A stretch of DNA of 64,000 bases from a phage. The DNA is taken from sequence record NC_129898.1; one strand, 5' to 3'. Below the pieces are notes generated by a model. The model saw nothing but the letters and a program-made list of their open reading frames with translations. It was not told the origin of the DNA and did not search any database. Position 1 is the stretch's first letter, and each line of letters begins with the position of its first letter. Shown here in pieces: positions 28,083 through 35,938 of this stretch. A program made the translations under genes and the position numbers.

Positions 28083-28156
28083 ACCAGTAAAAACTTAAAT
28101 ATCTGTACTATAAGGATTCGTATGTTTTATGTCCATCCAAGAGCAGAGGGTAGTAA

Positions 28157-28238
28157 CTGTCCGTGATACGGACACTACTGTCCGTCACGCGGACACATCT
28201 GCCCGTAATACGGACACTAACTGTCCGCAATACGGACA
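28157..28238. repeat. four tandem 18-bp palindromic iterons (CTGTCCGT-NNN-ACGGACA)
   Basis: Copies at 28157-28174, 28178-28195, 28199-28216 and 28221-28238, spaced 21-22 bp start to start. Confidence 0.85.
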
Positions 28239-28380
28239 CATAAAGAATATAACTAAAATAACTAAATAATAAAAAAAAATAAAAGATCTAGTAATTATGG
28301 TACTAAAGTACATATACTTAACTTATGTAGAATATACTAGATCCTAAGTACCATGTTTTAAATTTATTACTTACTATTGG

Positions 28381-28705
28381 TAGTGTCGGCCCTTCATTGG
28401 CACTCGCCTACGAGGGGCGAGATGCCGGGCCTCCATAGTGCACACAATGACAGGAGTGCATACATGCAGGACTGTTAACATGTGTGGGAGCGAAGCTATA
28501 GCGCAGGCCAAAGGCCGAGCACTAATGTGGACCACCGACGAAAGCTTGCCAGCGCCGTAAGGAGTCGGTTGAGAGCCTCCCGCGCGAGTTTAGTTAAAGT
28601 TTATGTGTGGAAACGGACAGGAAGGCCCCTAAATCGCCACACAGCTGCGTAAACTATACCAAGTAAGGCAATCGCACCAGTTTGATAGAAAAGCTCGTTA
28701 CAAAG
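28381..28705 (+). ncRNA. candidate structured non-coding RNA, class unknown
   Basis: GC-rich ORF-free region with many local helices (GGCCC..GGGCC, CTCGCC/GGCGAG, GGCCaaaGGCC, CCGAC..GTCGG, TGTGTGG..CCACACA) and GNRA-like loops. Confidence 0.25.
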
Positions 28706-28746
28706 CGATACAGTGAGTTTTTCTATAACTTGAAGAGGAGGCAGTT

Positions 28747-29325
28747 ATGAGTTCACGCAAAGATGACCGCGAAAAGATTGCAAAACGTTATCAGAATGAA
28801 GAACAGATGGAGAAAACTTTCAAGTGGAAGCCAGGTTTCCAGCGTAATCATTCTAACGCTCGTGATCGTAAGCATCCGGATAAGTGGCTAACACCGCCAA
28901 ATGATGGCATGCAGGTTGGTGATGAGAAGGAGCTATCGCCTGGAAAAGATGGCAACTACATTCGCACTAAGGACGCTGGTCCAAAGGATGACAGCTATCT
29001 TGTAGATAAGGTTCTTGATGGTATTGATGTAGATGTTGACACCACACGGAACTTTTTTCTTGGGTGGTATCGCACAGGTTTTTTCGACATCAAGGCCATT
29101 CGTCGTGTTTGTGATATTAAAAAGTCTGCATATGATGACGACTCGTTACATCGCACCCTGAGGCAATATTCAGAAAGATATGGTCATCCGGTTATCACTC
29201 TTGACGATGTTGACGAAGTGATGTATCATGCAGAGGTTGTTGCAGGCAGATTTGGTGATGCATATCTTGATATCCTTTCTGCAAACGATGAGGTAATGTT
29301 GAATAAGATTTACTACGAACGTTGA
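28747..29325 (+). CDS. hypothetical protein
   Basis: 192-aa ORF with GAGGAGG RBS. Confidence 0.55.
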   Translation: MSSRKDDREKIAKRYQNEEQMEKTFKWKPGFQRNHSNARDRKHPDKWLTPPNDGMQVGDEKELSPGKDGNYIRTKDAGPKDDSYLVDKVLDGIDVDVDTTRNFFLGWYRTGFFDIKAIRRVCDIKKSAYDDDSLHRTLRQYSERYGHPVITLDDVDEVMYHAEVVAGRFGDAYLDILSANDEVMLNKIYYER

Positions 29326-29335
29326 GGAGAGCTTA

Positions 29336-29524
29336 ATGAACAATCCGGTAGCAAAGAACTGTAATAAGTTCAACAAGTCTGCAATTCACACTGACAGGAA
29401 AAAGAGCTGGTCACCGGACATTGACGAGGAGCTTGAGAATTACTTTGAAGATCTGGTTACCAATGCAGGTGAGGTTGCGATTAAAGAATACGCAGACAGG
29501 AGGGATAAGGCCGGAATCTGTTGA
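29336..29524 (+). CDS. hypothetical protein
   Basis: 62-aa ORF. Confidence 0.35.
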   Translation: MNNPVAKNCNKFNKSAIHTDRKKSWSPDIDEELENYFEDLVTNAGEVAIKEYADRRDKAGIC

Positions 29525-29549
29525 CAAAAATAATGTTACCTGATAAGAT
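29521..29549 (+). promoter_or_regulatory. sigma70-like promoter (TTGACA-17-TAAGAT)
   Basis: Consensus -35 with 17-nt spacer; a second extended -10 'TGATACAAT' lies at 29572-29580. Confidence 0.45.
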
Positions 29550-29600
29550 CTGCAATATGATGTGATACAATTTTAACTTACGAGGTCTACAGGTAATGCT

Positions 29601-29843
29601 ATGTTTAAGGTTAAGCTCGTTTTCCGTTCCATGAATGAGGATTATTTAGAAGATGAAGGTGAATTTCGTGCACTAGATGATGCAATAGATTTTGCCAACG
29701 ACTTAGCTTGTATGAACACGGGTTATGGGTTGTGTTGTTGGGACGGTGGTATTCAGATCGGTGATAGCAAAATCTTCTACTTCTACCCTGAGCCGGATAA
29801 CAAACAAATTAAGTATGTTTTATTTATTTGTGCTTTACAATGA
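29601..29843 (+). CDS. hypothetical protein
   Basis: 80-aa ORF. Confidence 0.4.
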   Translation: MFKVKLVFRSMNEDYLEDEGEFRALDDAIDFANDLACMNTGYGLCCWDGGIQIGDSKIFYFYPEPDNKQIKYVLFICALQ

Positions 29844-29844
29844 G

Positions 29845-30130
29845 GTTGTTTTCGTGTATCATGATGAATATCCAATTTAAAGATGAATTTGATGGCTTTA
29901 TCTCCGGATGCTTTGAAACAGGGTTCGGAGAATGCTGAGTTCCCATTAGAGGGCTTGATAGTGCACCACACTTAAAATGGTAGGGGCAGCCAGCACATGA
30001 CGATGTGACCCCAGCCAACCTGTAATAAGGTCGAGCCAAAGCGCGGTAATGGGTCTCTGGTAACCCACTTGTTGGGTCTTGTGGTCCAGGACGCTGGGCA
30101 AGTCGCAGGGAATACCACCCTGCGGCGAAC
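29845..30130 (+). ncRNA. candidate structured non-coding region, class unknown
   Basis: GC-rich; only overlapping multi-frame antisense ORFs; helices such as CGCAGGG-aatacca-CCCTGCG and GGGG..ACAT-gacg-ATGT..CCCC. Confidence 0.2.
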
Positions 30131-30159
30131 TTGACAATCAGTATTTGCCGTGATAAAAT
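30131..30159 (+). promoter_or_regulatory. sigma70 promoter (TTGACA-17-TAAAAT with TG extension)
   Basis: Near-consensus hexamers; the track ORF start at 30131 falls inside it, so the gene is started at 30188. Confidence 0.55.
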
Positions 30160-30187
30160 CCACCTATCACGTGATAATGGAGGAAAC

Positions 30188-30526
30188 ATGGCGGATACAA
30201 CTAAAAAGCGTCGCCGTAGAGGCAGACCTCTGAAAGAGGAGTCCAACGCCATTCAGCTAGAGAAGAACATTCTTGATATGAAGGAATCTTTTATAGCGAT
30301 GGTTCCAGAAGCTCACAAAGTTTTAAGAGAGCTGATGTTGGATCCGAAAACCAAGCAAAATATTCGTCAAAGCATTGCAGAGTATGTTCTTGATAAGGCA
30401 GACCGAATGCAGGAAGAATATGATGAGATGTTTGGTGAAGAGGAAGAGGTGGTAGTAGAAGAGGCTGAAAAACCAGCACCTTTTATGCCATTTACCACAG
30501 AAATACAGCCTGTTAGCAATAGCTAA
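30188..30526 (+). CDS. hypothetical protein with basic N-terminus (possibly DNA-binding)
   Basis: Started at MADTTKKRRRRGRP with GGAGG RBS; acidic C-terminus. Confidence 0.5.
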   Translation: MADTTKKRRRRGRPLKEESNAIQLEKNILDMKESFIAMVPEAHKVLRELMLDPKTKQNIRQSIAEYVLDKADRMQEEYDEMFGEEEEVVVEEAEKPAPFMPFTTEIQPVSNS

Positions 30527-30535
30527 AATATTTTC

Positions 30536-30564
30536 TTGACAAACTTTGCTTAACAGTGTAATAT
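30536..30564 (+). promoter_or_regulatory. sigma70 promoter (TTGACA-17-TAATAT) ahead of the tRNA cluster
   Basis: Consensus -35 and good -10 about 60 nt before the first tRNA. Confidence 0.5.
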
Positions 30565-30622
30565 TGTAAACATGGTCTCCCACCTTTTCTGGCGGCTAAG
30601 GTGTAAAAGAAAGCCACCCAGT

Positions 30623-30697
30623 GCCCTGTTAGCTTAGTGGATAAAGCAGCGGCCTTCTAAGCCGTTGACACTGGTTCGAGTCCAGTACGGGGTGCCA
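30623..30697 (+). tRNA. tRNA-Arg (anticodon TCT)
   Basis: Hand-folded cloverleaf: acceptor GCCCTGT/ACGGGGT, anticodon loop CTTCTAA, T-loop GGTTCGAGTCC, encoded CCA. Confidence 0.75.
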
Positions 30698-30827
30698 AGT
30701 TCTTTTTAATGTAGCTTACTTTAGCAGAGTAAATCTTCGGCAAGTGGCGGTAACCACTTTACCGATACCTCATAGTTAGTGGTGAGAACACTAGCTATTT
30801 TAAAAAGAATTTAAATATTAGTATTTA

Positions 30828-30915
30828 GGTGAGTTAATTCCGTAGGGGTAGCGGGGCAGACTGTAAATCTGTTATCATTGCGATTCGGGTGGTTCGACTC
30901 CATCACTCACCACCA
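30828..30915 (+). tRNA. tRNA-Tyr (anticodon GTA)
   Basis: Acceptor GGTGAGT/ACTCACC, anticodon arm CAGACTGTAAATCTG as in E. coli tRNA-Tyr, long variable arm, encoded CCA. Confidence 0.8.
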
Positions 30916-31029
30916 AATTTATATTTTTAAATGCATAAATCATACAGATAATGGCATTGATATTTATCGTCGTTTATACTAGTCACTAACTGCTCGAAAA
31001 TCAGTGTCATTATCAGTATTGTTTATAAA

Positions 31030-31120
31030 AGAGGGTAGGGAGCAATGGTGCTCAAGCGGTCTTGAAAACCGTCCCGTTGAGGATGACTCGATGATGGTTC
31101 GATTCCATTATCCTCTGCCA
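31030..31120 (+). tRNA. tRNA-Ser (anticodon TGA)
   Basis: Acceptor AGAGGGT/ATCCTCT, anticodon loop CTTGAAA, 20-nt variable arm, T-loop GGTTCGATTCC, encoded CCA. Confidence 0.75.
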
Positions 31121-31218
31121 TATTGTTGACCTTGTAATTAAGCGAAAGCCGGAAGCAGAACCGGATTATCAAATGTTACAGTCGTCATCGCCGACTAGCC
31201 ACATGGTCAACATATTGC

Positions 31219-31315
31219 GCTAGGTAAGCCCTTTGGCAAGGGCGAGGATTTTTAATCCTGAAAATAGACGAGGTAGTCGTTGAATACATAGATGGTTCGA
31301 TTCCATCACCTAGCA
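31219..31315 (+). tRNA. tRNA-Lys-like (anticodon TTT) with atypically long variable region
   Basis: Acceptor GCTAGGT/ACCTAGC and anticodon arm GAGGA-TTTTTAA-TCCTG are canonical, but about 30 nt separate the anticodon stem from the T arm and CCA is not fully encoded. Confidence 0.4.
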
Positions 31316-31321
31316 CCTTTT

Positions 31322-31397
31322 GCTGATGTAGCACAATTGGCAGTGCAATTGATTTGTAATCAATAGGTTGCAGGTTCAAGTCCTGCCATCAGCACCA
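31322..31397 (+). tRNA. tRNA-Thr (anticodon TGT)
   Basis: Acceptor GCTGATG/CATCAGC, anticodon arm ATTGA-TTTGTAA-TCAAT, T-loop GGTTCAAGTCC, encoded CCA. Confidence 0.85.
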
Positions 31398-31398
31398 T

Positions 31399-31473
31399 GG
31401 CCCTGTAGCTGGAAGGTTCAAGCAAGCGACTCATAATCGCCAGACGGTGGTTCAATTCCACCCAGGGCCACCA
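31399..31473 (+). tRNA. tRNA-Met or tRNA-Ile2 (anticodon CAT)
   Basis: Acceptor GGCCCTG/CAGGGCC, anticodon loop CTCATAA, T-loop GGTTCAATTCC, encoded CCA. Confidence 0.75.
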
Positions 31474-31484
31474 AATTATAAATA

Positions 31485-31561
31485 CTCCGCGTAGCTCAGC
31501 TTGGTAGAGCGCCTGATTTGGGATCAGGAGGTCGAGTGTTCGAATCACTCCGTGGAGACCA
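31485..31561 (+). tRNA. tRNA-Pro (anticodon TGG)
   Basis: Acceptor CTCCGCG/CGTGGAG, anticodon arm CCTGA-TTTGGGA-TCAGG, T-loop GTGTTCGAATCAC, encoded CCA. Confidence 0.8.
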
Positions 31562-31607
31562 CCTTTAGTTATACTTTAAACATATACACACAAAAGGAAC
31601 CTTTAAA

Positions 31608-31877
31608 ATGTATACACTTAAAATTGTAGAGCGTGTAAATCCAACCCATACTGTAGATTTTCGTGACGATTTCAATCCTCTGGCTGTAAATCTTCGAGAG
31701 TCATATCATGAACTCAGCTGCGATGCAGTGGTGGTCTTTTTTGAAGACAACTCTGAAGGGGCGGTAGCTTGTGTTGTTGATAGTGAGCAGAAGTTTTATA
31801 TTTACAGAGATGTAGATGCATACTTGATGAATGAAAATGCAGTTACTGTTAGAATCATCCACCGAGTGCCTCGATAA
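31608..31877 (+). CDS. hypothetical protein
   Basis: 89-aa ORF after the tRNA cluster. Confidence 0.45.
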   Translation: MYTLKIVERVNPTHTVDFRDDFNPLAVNLRESYHELSCDAVVVFFEDNSEGAVACVVDSEQKFYIYRDVDAYLMNENAVTVRIIHRVPR

Positions 31878-31930
31878 GTATTAGTCTCCTTTTAGTTAGT
31901 TTCGATCTATTTAGGTTACTCAATTTTAAC

Positions 31931-31966
31931 CCGCCCCGTTAGCTGTATAGCTGCGGGGTTTTTTCG
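31931..31966 (+). terminator. rho-independent terminator-like hairpin
   Basis: CCGCCCCG..CGGGG stem followed by TTTTTT. Confidence 0.45.
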
Positions 31967-31982
31967 TTTCTGGAGCCTTAAA

Positions 31983-32381
31983 ATGATTTCAGTTTTAACA
32001 TGGCTAGGTAGGTATAGAGGGATCATAAAAGGTTTAGTTTTTGCAGCTGCTCTAGGCACAGCATACCTTGGGGCCGTGTATTGGTTTAACTCTAAGCTTA
32101 ACGCTGCTTATCAGGAAGGTGTAACAGCAACAGAGTTGAAGTGGGAGCAGATCCTTGACCAGCAACAAAAGCGAGCCGACAGGATTAAAATGGGACATGC
32201 CGAGGAGGTGAAAAACCTTGAAAAATCCCTTTCTGACTTACAGGATAAGCTGGAGGCAGCTAAGATGGCAGGTAAAGAAAAGCAGATTATTTACCTCCAG
32301 TCACCTGAGGGTAAGAAGTCAACACTCCCTGACCAGCTTATAGATATCTATAACGAGAGCATCAATCAGGAGGGTAGATGA
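31983..32381 (+). CDS. i-spanin (Rz-like)
   Basis: N-terminal transmembrane helix (IIKGLVFAAALGTAYLGAVYWF) followed by a coiled-coil-like periplasmic domain. Confidence 0.55.
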   Translation: MISVLTWLGRYRGIIKGLVFAAALGTAYLGAVYWFNSKLNAAYQEGVTATELKWEQILDQQQKRADRIKMGHAEEVKNLEKSLSDLQDKLEAAKMAGKEKQIIYLQSPEGKKSTLPDQLIDIYNESINQEGR

Positions 32382-32665
32382 GAGCCACCGTATTATTAGT
32401 TGCTTGCTTGCTTCTGTGCGGATGCGCGACAAGTGTCGAAAAAGAATATAAGATTGATCCTCCGGATGTGGGAAGATTGATTGTTAAACCGCCCGAAGGT
32501 GCTATGAAGCCTCCTGCTAAAGCTATACCTTTAAAGAAAGGTGCGCCTGATGCGGTGAATTCTGGCATTATGAGGGATAATAACCTGTCTTGCAGTAATG
32601 ATAGGGCTAAATTGATCATTTTGCAAGACTATATTAGAACACTGTTTCCAAAGGAGAGAGGTTAA
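32378..32665 (+). CDS. o-spanin (Rz1-like lipoprotein)
   Basis: Signal peptide with lipobox-like LLLCGC and proline-rich mature part; ATGA overlap with the i-spanin gene. Confidence 0.55.
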   Translation: MRATVLLVACLLLCGCATSVEKEYKIDPPDVGRLIVKPPEGAMKPPAKAIPLKKGAPDAVNSGIMRDNNLSCSNDRAKLIILQDYIRTLFPKERG

Positions 32666-34212
32666 TGTCTAAGATTTACGGACCGTGTTCTGAAAAGCAG
32701 AAGATGATCCTTGAAAACGATGCAGACATTCTTGTCATTGGTGGTGCGGCTGGTTCAGGTAAGTCGTTCCTCCTGCAGTTGATGCCGCTTAAAATTATTG
32801 ATGATCCGCACAGCTCTGTGGTTATGTTCCGAAGAACAACTCCACAGTTGGAAGGTGAGGGTGGGCTATGGCCTAAAGCAGTAGCTATTTACAGTGATCT
32901 GCCTGAAAACATTAAACCAAAGTTCAGAGAGAAGGATCATAAGTTTATTTTTCCACGGTTTGATCCGAGCACTGGCAAGTGGGACAGGAGCAAAAAAGGG
33001 GCCGTTGTAAAATACTGCCACATGGAGTATGTCCAAGATAAGCTTAACCATCAAGGCCTTGAGTACACCATGGTTTGCTTCGATGAAGGCACGCAATTCG
33101 AATGGGAGCAGATAGACTATTTGATGTCTCGTCTGCGATCTCAGTCAAAGTATCCATCAAGAATGGTTATCAGTTGTAACCCCGACTCAGAACACATGCT
33201 TGCCAAACTGGTTAGGTGGTGGTTGGACGATGAAGGGTATCCAGATCCGGAGAAATGTGGTAAGAAAAGATATTTTATCCGACGCGACGGTGAGTTTATC
33301 TGGGGAGACTCTAAAGAGGAGTTAATAGAGAAATACACCACGGTTAACGGACTGGGTGTGGAGATCAAGCCAAGACCGTTGTCATTCTCGTTTATAGGTG
33401 CAACAATTTTCGATAATCCTGTCTGCTTGAGAGACAACCCAGAATACCTTGCTTTCCTTGAAGGTCTACCAGAGCTTGAAAAAGCCCAGCTTCTTCATGG
33501 CAACTGGTTTGCCAAACCTGAGGGTGCAAACTATTTCCAAAGATCTTTCCTTCGTGATGCCGATAGAGTACCTCTTGGATCAGTATCTTGCAGGGCATGG
33601 GATAAGGCAGGAACCGAGAGAACTTCCGGTAATAAATTTCCTGACTTTACTGCCAGTGTTAAGGTAAGTAAAGATAGCGACGGTTTTTATTACCTGTCCG
33701 GGGATTATTGTCCTGAGAACGTGGATGACGGTAGGTATTCCACAGGTCTGGAAGGTAAGTTCTGTAAAAAGGCTGGGGAACGAGATGTGATCATCAGGAA
33801 ACAGGCGCAGTTTGATGGAGATGATTGCATAATCGTATTTTCTGTGGACCCCGGTCAGGCAGGTAAGAGTGAGTTCTTAACCTCGTCCAGATCCTTGCTC
33901 GCCGAAGGGTTCAGGGTTGAAGAAGATCCGATGCCTTCCAACAAATCTAAACTGACAAGGTTCTCACCTTTTGCCAATCTTGCCCAACAAGGAATGGTGA
34001 GGATTGTAAAATCCAGTTTCCATCCTGACACTCTGGAAGCATTTTTGACTGAACTTGAAAAGTTCAACGGGGAAAGATCAACATTTAACAGAAAAGACGA
34101 CTGGGCCGACTGTGTAGCTTCTGCGATTAATTTCCTGGAGAAAGAGGAGGTAGCGCTGCCTTGTGTTATTCCATCAATCTCATCACCTTCTATGTTCAAG
34201 CGTTTTATCTAA
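32665..34212 (+). CDS. terminase large subunit
   Basis: Walker A 'GGAAGSGKS', Walker B 'MVCFDEGTQ', C-terminal nuclease-like region. Confidence 0.9.
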   Translation: MSKIYGPCSEKQKMILENDADILVIGGAAGSGKSFLLQLMPLKIIDDPHSSVVMFRRTTPQLEGEGGLWPKAVAIYSDLPENIKPKFREKDHKFIFPRFDPSTGKWDRSKKGAVVKYCHMEYVQDKLNHQGLEYTMVCFDEGTQFEWEQIDYLMSRLRSQSKYPSRMVISCNPDSEHMLAKLVRWWLDDEGYPDPEKCGKKRYFIRRDGEFIWGDSKEELIEKYTTVNGLGVEIKPRPLSFSFIGATIFDNPVCLRDNPEYLAFLEGLPELEKAQLLHGNWFAKPEGANYFQRSFLRDADRVPLGSVSCRAWDKAGTERTSGNKFPDFTASVKVSKDSDGFYYLSGDYCPENVDDGRYSTGLEGKFCKKAGERDVIIRKQAQFDGDDCIIVFSVDPGQAGKSEFLTSSRSLLAEGFRVEEDPMPSNKSKLTRFSPFANLAQQGMVRIVKSSFHPDTLEAFLTELEKFNGERSTFNRKDDWADCVASAINFLEKEEVALPCVIPSISSPSMFKRFI

Positions 34213-34215
34213 GTG

Positions 34216-34244
34216 TTGCCAATCTTAATTAGATGTGGTAGAAT
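34216..34244 (+). promoter_or_regulatory. promoter-like element (TTGCCA-17-TAGAAT with TG extension)
   Basis: Between the terminase and portal genes. Confidence 0.4.
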
Positions 34245-34314
34245 AGAGTAATCGGAGATACTAGCCCTCTGACACGAGGGCTATTTTGTTATACTGTTTT
34301 GAGGGGTAAAGCTT

Positions 34315-35871
34315 GTGTCCAAAAAGAACCGCAGGAAACACAACGCCACAGCCAAAACTGTGAATAAATCTGGGAACGCAGGCGCACCAACTCATAATGT
34401 TCGTATGAGTGAGATCGGTTCTGGCGCACTTTCCCAAATTATGGCAGAATCACAATCTATGATGGTTGAGGAATTGCGTTGGCCTCAGCTGATTGCCACA
34501 GTGGAGACTATGAAATGTGATTCCACAGTTGCTACTGCCTTAGATACAAAATATGTTTTCATCACGAAAGCATTTAATGATTTTAAGATCCTTTATAATG
34601 TTAAAAGTGAAGACTCTAAGAAAGCTGCCGAGCTTATAGAGTATTCTTTGCGTAATTTGGCAAACCAGCAAACTCTTCGAGATATTGCAAGAAGCGCAGC
34701 TACCTTTAACGAGTATGGTTTTTCACTGTTTGAGAAAGTATACCGCAGAGAGAAAGAAGGTAAATATGCCGGGATGCTTCTTATTGATAAAATTGCATTC
34801 CGACCTCAGGCCAGTTTGTCCAGATCAGAGCCGTTTGTCTTTGACAAGAATAGTAGAACACTGACAGGTATTTATCAATCACCTAATGCATTTCTAAACA
34901 CGCAGAATGCACGCTGGGCTGGTCCTCTTGCTGCAATGCCTTCAAAAGGCTTTAACGAGCCTGAAATTTTCATCCCTGCCAAGAAGCTTATGCTCATGAC
35001 CTTGTCAGGAACAGAGTCTAATCCTGCAGGTGTGTCACCGATGATAGGTTGCTACAGATCTTTCCGTGAGAAAGTTCTGATTGAAAACCTTGAGGTTGTT
35101 GGCTGCTCCAAAGACCTTGGTGGTGTGCTTGAGCTGAAAATTCCTTCCAATATTCTGAACAAGGCCAGCATTGACCCGAATTCAATGGAAGGGAGAATGG
35201 TTGCAGATCTTATGCTTGACGCAGCAAATGCCCACAGTGGGGAGCAAAGTTTCTTTATACTTCCGTCTGATAGAGATAAGTCTGGTAAAGAGCTTTACTC
35301 CATGACCCTGAAGGGTGTTGACGGCATGGGTAAGCAGTATTCAACTAAAGATTTGATTGATGCCCGTAAGAAGGCGATTCTTGACCGTTTCGGTGCTGGA
35401 TTTATTAACCTCGGTAACGATAACGTTGGATCCTTCTCCCTGTCTGAGTCAAAACAGTCTATCCATGGGCATTTTGTTCAGCGTGATATAGATATTATCA
35501 CTGAGGCCTTCAATAAAGATCTTATTCCACAGCTTCTGGCATTGAATGGTATCATCCTTGAAGATGATGATATGCCTAAACTGAAACCTGGTCTGATTGA
35601 AGAAGTGGACATGGAGAGCTTCTCCAAGTTTGTCCAGAGGATCGGTGCTGTAGGTTATTTGCCAAAAACTCCTGCAGTAATTAATAAGATTCTTGAAGTA
35701 GGCGGGTTTGATGAAAGATTTGACGAGGACATGGATCAGGAAGAGCTAATGAAACTCTTGGGCCAGGACATCAGTAGAGCTGGTGATGGAATGGCTGCAG
35801 GATCCACTGGCAACGGCACTTCTAAGATGTCATCAACCAGAGATAACTCCATATCTAACATGGAAAATTAA
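34315..35871 (+). CDS. portal protein
   Basis: 518-aa ORF immediately downstream of the terminase gene; GTG start with GAGGGG RBS; assigned by position and size. Confidence 0.65.
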   Translation: MSKKNRRKHNATAKTVNKSGNAGAPTHNVRMSEIGSGALSQIMAESQSMMVEELRWPQLIATVETMKCDSTVATALDTKYVFITKAFNDFKILYNVKSEDSKKAAELIEYSLRNLANQQTLRDIARSAATFNEYGFSLFEKVYRREKEGKYAGMLLIDKIAFRPQASLSRSEPFVFDKNSRTLTGIYQSPNAFLNTQNARWAGPLAAMPSKGFNEPEIFIPAKKLMLMTLSGTESNPAGVSPMIGCYRSFREKVLIENLEVVGCSKDLGGVLELKIPSNILNKASIDPNSMEGRMVADLMLDAANAHSGEQSFFILPSDRDKSGKELYSMTLKGVDGMGKQYSTKDLIDARKKAILDRFGAGFINLGNDNVGSFSLSESKQSIHGHFVQRDIDIITEAFNKDLIPQLLALNGIILEDDDMPKLKPGLIEEVDMESFSKFVQRIGAVGYLPKTPAVINKILEVGGFDERFDEDMDQEELMKLLGQDISRAGDGMAAGSTGNGTSKMSSTRDNSISNMEN

Positions 35872-35938
35872 AAATTATCAACACAGGGGGTTGCAAAACC
35901 TCCTTTGGCGTGATAAAATAATCCACATGGGGAATAAG

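Noticed and set aside
28157-28238. Possible CRISPR array suggested by four regularly spaced repeats
   Set aside because: The units are 18-bp palindromes separated by only 3-5 bp, with no spacers of CRISPR length and no cas genes; they look like protein-binding iterons.
28381-28705. Second group I intron in the GC-rich region (GAAGCTATAGCG loosely resembles the S element)
   Set aside because: No interrupted gene flanks it, the match to AAGAUAUAGUC is poor, and no splice-site arrangement could be built; kept as a structured RNA of unknown class.
29824-30252. Minus-strand ORF of 142 aa (plus two nested 63-aa ORFs) in the GC-rich region
   Set aside because: Three overlapping frames in one GC-rich stretch, running through a near-consensus plus-strand promoter and gene start; read as a non-coding artefact of GC content.
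30698-30827. Possible additional tRNA between tRNA-Arg and tRNA-Tyr
   Set aside because: Hairpins are present (AGTGG-cggtaa-CCACT; CTAGT...ACTAG) but there is no GTTCRA T-loop and no cloverleaf with matching acceptor strands.
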